Origin: Rotaria sordida
Lineage: Eukaryota
Direction of reading: 5' to 3'
DNA length: 7,099 bases
NCBI GenBank assembly: GCA_905252715.1
Contig: CAJNOU010005110.1
Coordinates: forward strand, 1 to 7,099
The translations under genes were made by a program, and so were the position numbers. Within the stretch, counting starts at the first letter, position 1, and the number at the start of each line of letters is the position of its first letter. Positions 1 to 7,099 of the stretch are shown one piece after another. The notes beneath the pieces are model-generated. The model was not told the DNA's origin. It saw nothing but the letters and a program-made list of their open reading frames with translations, and made no database searches.

Positions 1-1
1 T

Positions 2-1726
2 GCTGGTGATTTCAACAATGATGGACGTTCGGAAATCGTTGTGGCATATGATGATATTGACAATGTAGATGTGCTTGTTGCATATGATGCAGGATCTTTT
101 GTAATGCAAACGATACACTCAACAGGCAGAGCACCAATTTGTGTAGCTGTTGGTGATTTTGACAACGACACTCGACTGGATATCGTCATTGCTAACTATT
201 ATGATGACACTATAAGTGTACTTCTGGGATATGGTAATGGATCTTTTGCAAATCAAAAGACATATCGAACTGGCTCTTATCCACAATTTGTAGCTATTAG
301 TGATTTTAACAATGACACCCGATTGGATATCGTCGTTGCTAATCAGCTTGACAACACAGTAAGTATACTTCTCGGATATGGCAATGGTTTTTTCGCAGAT
401 CAAATGACTTATCCAACTGGCGATAATCCAAAATTTGTAGCTATGGGCGATTTTAACAACGATACCCGATTAGATATCGTCGTTTCTAATGGGAATAATA
501 ACACTGTAAGTATACTTCTCGGATATGGCAATGGTTCTTTTACAAACCAAACAACATATTCAACTGGCAGTAATCCATCCTCTGTAGCTGTTGGTGATTT
601 TAACAACGATACTCGATCGGATATCGTCGTTGCTAATACAAATAACAATACTGTAAGTGTACTTCTTGGATATGGTAATGGCTCTTTTACAAACCAAATG
701 ACATATTCAACTGGCAGTAATCCATCTTCTGTGGGTGTTGGTGATTTTGACAACGACACTCGATTAGATATCGTCGTTGCTAATGTGGATGACAATACTG
801 TAAGTATACTTCTCGGATATGGCAATGGCTCATTTACAAACCAAACGATATATTCAACTGGTGAGAATCCACTATCTGTAGTTGTTGGTGACTTTAACAA
901 CGACACTCGATTGGATATCGTCGTTGCTAATTATTTTAGCAACACTGTAAGTATACTTCTCGGATATGGCAATGGCTCTTTTGCAATACAGACGACATAT
1001 CCAAGTGGTCCCTTTCCAAACTCTGTAGCTTATGGTGATTTTAATAACGATATTCGATTGGATATCGTAGTTGTTAATTGGCTTGGCAACACTGCAAGAG
1101 TACTTCTTGGATATCACAATCAAGTTTTTGAAAAAAAAATGACGCTCATAACTGGCAATGGATCTCGACCGATATCATTTGCTATTGGAGATTTTAATAA
1201 TGACAGTCATATAGACATTGCAGTCGCAAATTCAGGTACTAACAACGTCGGTATTTTTCTAGGACATGGTAATTATTCTTTCGCAAATCAAATGACATTT
1301 TCAACTGACTCAACCCCAATCTCTGTTGCAATTGGCGATTTTAACAGGGATACAATGCTAGATATTGTCGTTGCTAATCATGGCAATAGCAATGTTGGAA
1401 TATTTCTTGGATGTGGTAATGGCTCCTTTTTAAACCAAAGTACGTTTACGACTGGCTCTAAATCTCAACCTTACGGAATCGCCGTTGGTGATTTCAACAA
1501 CGACACGTTAGCAGACATTATCGTCGCCATAAATGATGCCAACGAGGTAGGTGTGTTGCTTGGATATGGCAATGGGTCATTGGCAGATGTAAAGCTCTTC
1601 TCGATTGGTTATGGATCTCGTCCGTTCGCAGTTTCCGTTGCTGATTTTAACAATGACGGAAAGTTGGATTTCGCAGTCGCTAATGAAGGTAGTGACAATA
1701 TAAAAATTTTCTTACAGACTTGTTAA
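2..1726 (+). CDS. FG-GAP/VCBS-like repeat protein (beta-propeller type), 3' portion, 5' end outside the window
   Basis: The frame is open from base 2 (AGDFNNDGRSEIVVAYDD...). The ORF-track start at 41 is a GTG codon inside it, so it is not a supported start. The protein has ~12 units of the type NTVSILLGYGNGSFxNQxTYxTGxNPxSVAVGDFNNDTRLDIVVAN, with Ca-binding-like D-F-N-N-D-x-x-x-D loops. Stop TAA at 1724-1726. Confidence 0.9.
   Translation, partial: AGDFNNDGRSEIVVAYDDIDNVDVLVAYDAGSFVMQTIHSTGRAPICVAVGDFDNDTRLDIVIANYYDDTISVLLGYGNGSFANQKTYRTGSYPQFVAISDFNNDTRLDIVVANQLDNTVSILLGYGNGFFADQMTYPTGDNPKFVAMGDFNNDTRLDIVVSNGNNNTVSILLGYGNGSFTNQTTYSTGSNPSSVAVGDFNNDTRSDIVVANTNNNTVSVLLGYGNGSFTNQMTYSTGSNPSSVGVGDFDNDTRLDIVVANVDDNTVSILLGYGNGSFTNQTIYSTGENPLSVVVGDFNNDTRLDIVVANYFSNTVSILLGYGNGSFAIQTTYPSGPFPNSVAYGDFNNDIRLDIVVVNWLGNTARVLLGYHNQVFEKKMTLITGNGSRPISFAIGDFNNDSHIDIAVANSGTNNVGIFLGHGNYSFANQMTFSTDSTPISVAIGDFNRDTMLDIVVANHGNSNVGIFLGCGNGSFLNQSTFTTGSKSQPYGIAVGDFNNDTLADIIVAINDANEVGVLLGYGNGSLADVKLFSIGYGSRPFAVSVADFNNDGKLDFAVANEGSDNIKIFLQTC
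59..1726 (+). repeat. In-frame tandem repeat array encoding FG-GAP units: 147 bp (49 aa) period, then 147/153 bp units
   Basis: The D/N-T-V-S-I-L-L register begins at 59, 206, 353, 500, 647, 794, 941 and 1088 (exactly 147 bp apart). It then begins at 1241, 1388, 1541 and 1694 (153, 147, 153, 153 bp). Confidence 0.9.
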
Positions 1727-1848
1727 TATTGCAACTCTCCTAGGTTGAACTTTGTTTTTGTTTCATTCACTGTTTCTAACTTCTATTTAGTGCTACTAAT
1801 ATTTCTTGCAATCTTTTTTTTCTACTCATCTTTTGACTTCTATGCACA

Positions 1849-1854
1849 AATAAA
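1849..1854 (+). promoter_or_regulatory. Candidate polyadenylation signal AATAAA for the FG-GAP gene
   Basis: AATAAA at 1849-1854, about 120 nt after the stop codon. Motif only, in AT-rich sequence. Confidence 0.35.
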
Positions 1855-1898
1855 CTGCGGTTGAAAGTGGGTGTCTCAACCAACGTATGACTTATTTC

Positions 1899-2099
1899 GA
1901 TCCTGCTTAAAGAGTCTCATTACATAGTGTTGACTAAGTATTCGTTCAAATGATTCGGAAGATCAAAAGTATGATACATAATTTAAAATTTTCACGACAA
2001 ATTCTCAAAAGACTTTCAATCGTAACAGTAGATATCGTTACTACAATGATGAGTAAAGCAAACTTCGAAGCGTTTGGATCTTGCTTAAGAGTCTCATTA
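1899..2099 (+). repeat. Short direct repeat pair
   Basis: GATCCTGCTTAAAGAGTCTCATTA (1899-1922) and GATCTTGCTTAAGAGTCTCATTA (2077-2099) differ by one substitution and one indel and are spaced ~178 bp. Confidence 0.7.
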
Positions 2100-2144
2100 A
2101 GGTGGTAGAGTATGGATATGGCTGACGATGAATGACAACCTTCA

Positions 2145-2285
2145 GGTGGTGTGGGTGTGGAGTGTGAGTGTGGGATGTGGGTGTCGGGTGTGGGTGTGGA
2201 TATAGATGTGGATATGGGTGTGGTCGGGTGTGGCCATGGGTGTGTGGATGCCATATTCTTATTTTGTTCACACCCACACCCATTG
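2145..2285 (+). repeat. Degenerate telomere-like (TGTGGG-like) G-rich tract followed by an inverted C-rich end (foldback)
   Basis: GGTGGTGTGGGTGTGGAGTGTGAGTGTGGGATGTGGGTGTCGGGTGTGGGTGTGG...GGGTGTGTGG, then CACACCCACACCC. GGGTGTGGGTGTG (2186-2198) is a perfect 13-bp reverse complement of 2269-2281. Confidence 0.8.
2172..2194 (+). other. Canonical G-quadruplex motif
   Basis: GGG-atgt-GGG-tgtc-GGG-tgt-GGG: four G3 runs with loops of 4, 4 and 3 nt. Confidence 0.75.
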
Positions 2286-2545
2286 ACAAAATGGCTCGAA
2301 AAAAACACAATTCAATTATCTATAACGTACTGATATAACTTTTCATGATCAGGCATTCATAATTATTGAAAAAAAAATCTAGAAAAGATTTATTTATGAA
2401 AATAAAAACAAAGACAAATGTTGCTTTAATTTCATTGAGTATTTGTTTAATATTTGCAAGTAGGAAAAAATAAACCACTGCTTATTTTGTTATTCTATAA
2501 ACTTATAAAAAGCAATAAATTTATCATCATATTCAAATAAGTTAA

Positions 2546-3378
2546 CTAATTTTGTTTTGAGAGATGTTCAGAATTTTTACGTGCCATTTCCAATTCGGAT
2601 CGAGGTAAGAGTGCTTTATAATGTGTACCGACATTAACGAGAAATACTCTATGTTCAACATTTCCATCGCGTGGATCTACAACAGTAAGTAATTCTCCTG
2701 CACGAAATATAACCAATTGAATATGATATCGATCAGCTATAGCCATATTAGCCATTTCATCTCCGTAAGTGTTTGGATCAGCCATTGATTTAGCCCAATC
2801 TCTCAATTCATTCTCACTTACTTTTTCACCAGGTCTTGATACAGTTGAATAATAGTCTATATCACTCAATACTTGTTCAATAGCTCTTTCACGTAATTCA
2901 CTATGAAACACATCAGGTTGTTGAAGTCCTACATATACAGATAATATTTTCTTAATAATTACATATAAAACATTGAATTCTTTCTCCAGTAAACATACCA
3001 GAAATGAGAGTGGCTCGAAAGGCACATGCCTAATCAGGATATGATGAGAATAAAAATAATTGTAGATATATACACGTCAGTTCTTACTCCATCACCAGTA
3101 ACTTCAACAGAATGAAGTTCAAATTGACGCTGCAGTTCGACATCCAAATTGTATAAATCAATGTTCAAATTGCTTCTTGCTGCAGTCGTTAATTGAAGAA
3201 GACGTTTACCATCTAAATCTGATTGAAAACGGTCATTTCGTTCCGTAGCTGCAATAATTTCTTTCATTTGATCGTATACATCAGGTATTGAATCAAGTTT
3301 TTTGCTTAAAATTAATTCACCAAGTAGTTCTATTCGACTTCGTATTCCTTCACTGTTTGGCTCAAGCAATCGAGATAC
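2546..3378 (-). CDS. OTU-like cysteine protease (deubiquitinase-like), three visible exons; 5' end unresolved
   Basis: Minus-strand exons are 3378..3088, 3029..2999 and 2928..2546. Introns are 3087..3030 (58 nt, GTAAGA...TTAG) and 2998..2929 (70 nt, GTATGT...GTAG), and the phases match. The joined product reads ...VEVTGDG-ACAFRATLIS-GLQQPDVFHSELRERAIE...YGDEMANMAIADRYHIQLVIF...VEHRVFLVNVGTHYKALLPRSE. This supplies the D/C motif and the downstream NVGTHYKAL His motif typical of OTU domains. Stop TAG is at 2548..2546. The ORF-track start at 3369 is TTG, and a candidate acceptor AG at 3380-3379 implies an upstream exon. Confidence 0.75.
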
Positions 3379-3880
3379 CTTATTAATATAACAATATTAT
3401 ATCATGTTTAATTATAAAAATATTAAGTCGAATTTCTCTTAATGAAAATCATTGTCTTTATTAATTAGAATCGTTAAATTAAACTATTAATTATTTATTT
3501 GATTGATGTAATATTTTCCAATGGGATTTATTATAAATTTCGATTGATTGTCCTTATCTTTGTCAATATTTATTCGAAAACGTAAAAAGATCTTAAAATT
3601 TTGTTAATTCTCTTCGATAGAATTTCTATTAATTAAGTAAAGCCTAGACAAAAGATAAATAGATATTTAATTTATGCTTAGGAAAATAAGTTAGACTCTA
3701 AAATCTATTTAAGTAAGATAGATAAATCAACGTTTTAAGTCGCTCTTTAAATGTCTAATATAAATATTTGCTTTATGCATATGAACTGTTAAAAAACTTT
3801 TTTATTTTATTCGAATTTGTTGATTGAAAGGGTTCAATTTTTCAAATATGCAGGGTATCCCAAAAGTCAATTAACAAAAA

Positions 3881-3972
3881 GGGTGGGTGTAGGTGTGGGT
3901 GTAGATAATTAGGAGAGACACCAAACCACACCCAAACCCACACACATCCACACCCCACACCCACCCACATTG
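3881..3972 (+). repeat. Second telomere-like foldback: G-rich arm then longer C-rich arm
   Basis: GGGTGGGTGTAGGTGTGGGTGTA (3881-3903), ~17-nt spacer, then CCAAACCACACCCAAACCCACACACATCCACACCCCACACCCACCCACATTG. GGGTGGGTGT (3881-3890) is a perfect reverse complement of 3957-3966, and the pairing continues imperfectly inward. Confidence 0.8.
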
Positions 3973-4887
3973 TTTTTTTCAGATTTCTTGTCTAACTGGG
4001 TACATTCTCATGGAATAGCATTTTCAATGATTTCTTTGTTCTATTTTCTTCTTTTTTTTGTTTCAAGGTCTATCGGTCACTGTATGTTAAATAATTGAAT
4101 GAATCACGAGTTTATTCTTACTTTATATTCAACGACGGAATAACTTCTTCGAAATATCTTTACTAATATTCAATTATTCAATTAAATTCTATCAAAAGAA
4201 TTCAATATCTATTCCATACATTTCATTAAATATTCCGCATATGACTAAAGAGAAAAAATCCGCTACCGTTGATAATGATTTCTCTTCTGAAGATGCACGT
4301 CATCGATTTGGAATTTCAATTCAAGAATTAGAAAAATTGATGCAAACACGAGGTCATGAAGGTATTAAACAACTTAATGAAACATATGATGGTCTTAGTG
4401 GTATTGAACAAAAGCTCAAAACAAATTTAATAACTGGTAAAAACAACATAAACTACGAACAAACGAAGAAAAAACAATCGAAATTATGAAATCTATTATT
4501 TTATATTTAGGTTTATCTAATGATGAAATTGATTTATCAATACGTATAGCCGCCTTTGGTCGTAATGAAATTCCACAAAAACCATCAACAACATTTCTTT
4601 GTTTTTGGTTTGATGCTCTTAAAAATTGGACATGTATTACACTTATTATATGTGGTATCATTTCATTTGTCTTATCATTTTATCATCCAAATGGAGGAAC
4701 AATTGAAGCTAAAATAAAACCAAGTAAATTTATAATCAAAACAAGAAAAGATCATAGATAGTGTTCTCCTTTTTTCTTCAAACATACCTTTTTATTTTTA
4801 GAGGAAACAAATGTTGAATGGATTGAAGGTGTAATAATTATTATCGTTGCAATAGTTCCTGTTCTAGTAACAGCATTTTATGCATGA

Positions 4888-5154
<267 letters not shown>

Positions 5155-6147
5155 TAAATTTCTTTGTTTTATTTTTCTTTATTGATAAAAAATAAATAAC
5201 TATTCATTGTTTTGAATATTTTTTTTTCTAGGTACACATATTATGGAAGGCAGTGGTAAAATGTTAGTTTTAGCTGTTGGTGAACATAGTCAAACAGGAA
5301 TGATATTGAAGTTACTAAGTACAATCAAAGAACAAAACAATGATAAAAAAAAAACAAATAATAAGAAAAAATAAAGTATGACATGTAGATTTTATTTTTA
5401 TTTTTAAATTATTCCTTCACTTGCCTCTGATATATATTCAAATACTACTGCCGATGCAGATGTTAATGAATGTCTAGTAAAATCAAAATCGGCTGAAGGT
5501 ATTGTTCTTTATTTTAATATCGTTAATTCTAGATTAATATTAATATGGTAATTACTACTAAATCATTCATTATAAATACTGCTTGCTTATCGCTTTGTTT
5601 TTTTTGATAATGTTAAGAGAAAAATTCTTTTTTTTTGCGTTAGATGCAACTGCATCACAAAATGTTGTACTTGATAAGGTCAATCCAACAAGTAACGAGG
5701 ATGATCTTGATTGTGTTAAAATAGAAAAACGATCAATTTTACATACACAATTAAGAAAATTAGGTATTCAAATTGAATATGCAGGTAAAATTTTTCAAAT
5801 AGATTTCATATAAATCTCTATTTTATTTCTTTCTATAGCTATCTTTGAAATTATAAGATTTCTTTCAAGATAATTAATTCTATTTTTGATTTATGTTTAA
5901 TACAAGAAAAATCTTTTTGTTTTTCTTTTTCTTCTAGGAATAGCAATTGTTATTTTAACTGTACTTGTTCTATTGGTTTCATTTTCAATTGAGCAAGTGA
6001 TTCAACAGTAAAAGAAAAATTTTTTCGTTTTGTTTTTCATCAATGTACTATTCAAATATTTTCTATAGACATGAATAGGATTATAAATACTGGACTCGAA
6101 TTGTACGATATTTAATCACTTGTATAATAGTATTCGTCCTTACTGTA

Positions 6148-6162
6148 CCTGTAGATTTATCA
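6148..6162 (+). other. Mutated TM4 ion-binding motif: PVDLS instead of PEGLP
   Basis: CCT GTA GAT TTA TCA in the context TVPVDLSSAITLSLTYVVKKM, against canonical [22 protein letters not shown]. Confidence 0.85.
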
Positions 6163-6329
6163 TCAGCTATAACATTATCATTAACATATGTGGTTAAAGT
6201 AAGTTAAATAAGTTCAAATTTTTATTATTTTTGTTTTTTTTCTTCTATTAGAAAATGGCGAGTGATAATAATTTAGTTCGCCATTTGGATGCGTGTGAAA
6301 CAATTGGTAATATAAGGACAATATGTTCT

Positions 6330-6350
6330 AATAAAACAGAAATATTAACA
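6330..6350 (+). other. Mutated P-type ATPase phosphorylation motif: NKTEILT instead of DKTGTLT
   Basis: AAT AAA ACA GAA ATA TTA ACA in the context CSNKTEILTINHMTVVQ, against canonical PMCA CSDKTGTLTTNRMTVVQ. Confidence 0.9.
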
Positions 6351-7099
6351 ATAAATCATATGACTGTTGTGCAAATCTATGTTGGTGAAAAATATTGGAA
6401 AAATATTGAAAATTCAATTAAAACTAAAGAAATTATTATACCAGCTAATACAAAAGAAATTCTATTTGAATGTGTATCTGTTAATAGTAGTTATTCTTCA
6501 ATATTATTAGTAAGTTAATATTCAATTTTTTAAAGTACAAAGAAAAAACAAAATTCATAATGAAAAATCTATCGTTTTTTATTTTTCATTTTCTTTTAGC
6601 CTTCAATAGGCGAAGGAACATTATCAAAACAAATTGGAAATACAATTGATTGTAGTTTATTAAATTTTATTAATACTCTTGATGGAAATTATAATAAAAT
6701 ACGTAGAAATTATCCAGAAGATAAATTTATTCATGTTTATAAATTTAAGTTAGCACAAAAAACTATGTCAACAATTATTCAACGATCTAATTCAACAATA
6801 CGTATGTATACAAAAGGTACATCGAAAATTATTTAAAAAAAATGTAATACAATATTAAATTGTAATGGAGGTATTATGCCATTTTCATATGTTGATTATG
6901 ATCATCTCGTACAAACTGTTATTGAACCAATGACATGCGATGGTTTAGATACAATATGTATTGCATATAGAGATTTTTCATCAGATGATTTACCCGATTG
7001 GAATAATGAAACTAGTGTTGTTGATCAATTAACATGTATTTGTGTATGTGGTATTGAAGATCGTATACGACCTGAAATACCTGATGCTATAGCTAAATT

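Noticed and set aside
119-1123. Three long minus-strand ORFs (119-403, 409-906, 872-1123)
   Set aside because: They are antisense shadows of the 147-bp coding repeat. Their peptides repeat with the same period (SVAKPINNYDIQSNIVIKI, SLSKSPTPTEDGLLPVEYV) and match no recognisable family.
1946-2333. His/Pro/Thr-rich minus ORFs and a Gly/Val/Asp-rich plus ORF
   Set aside because: They are simple translations of the G/C-rich telomere-like tract, low complexity and with non-coding flanks.
3850-3990. CRISPR-like or IS-like element at the GT/CA repeats
   Set aside because: There are no regular spacers, no transposase and no clear target-site duplication, and the context is eukaryotic with introns.
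4416-4661. Minus-strand ORF of 81 aa
   Set aside because: It is antisense to PMCA exon 2 and the preceding intron, which have clear sense-strand homology.
5376-5459. Possible extra coding sequence SLASDIYSNTTADAD before the KSAE exon
   Set aside because: It is open in frame with the KSAE exon, but no convincing upstream acceptor is visible. The AG at 5458-5459 with matching phase makes a 39-nt exon (5460-5498) simpler. This boundary remains uncertain.

Overview
AT-rich, intron-containing eukaryotic window. The gene types, very short GT-AG introns and TGTGGG-like tracts suggest a bdelloid rotifer; this is inference. Five things can be supported. (1) The 3' part of an FG-GAP/VCBS-type beta-propeller repeat protein on the + strand (2..1726, open at the window start), with an exact 147-bp repeat register over its first two thirds. 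(2) A G-rich then C-rich, telomere-like foldback tract (~2145-2285) containing a canonical G-quadruplex motif. (3) A minus-strand OTU-like cysteine protease gene (3378..2546) that I reassembled from three exons. Its catalytic-Cys motif (GDG|AC.FR) is completed only by a 31-nt microexon absent from the supplied proteins. (4) A second G-rich/C-rich foldback tract (~3881-3972). (5) A plus-strand, ten-exon plasma-membrane Ca2+-ATPase (PMCA, P2B) homologue from 4241 to the window end. Its splice sites and phases are preserved, but it has four in-frame stops (TGA 4885, TAA 5372, TAG 6076, TAA 6834). The phosphorylation motif DKTGTLT reads NKTEILT, and the TM4 motif PEGLP reads PVDLS. The best reading is a pseudogene or degenerate duplicate whose key-motif lesions are mostly GC->AT transitions. 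I found no evidence of a CRISPR array, prokaryotic defence system or intact autonomous transposon.
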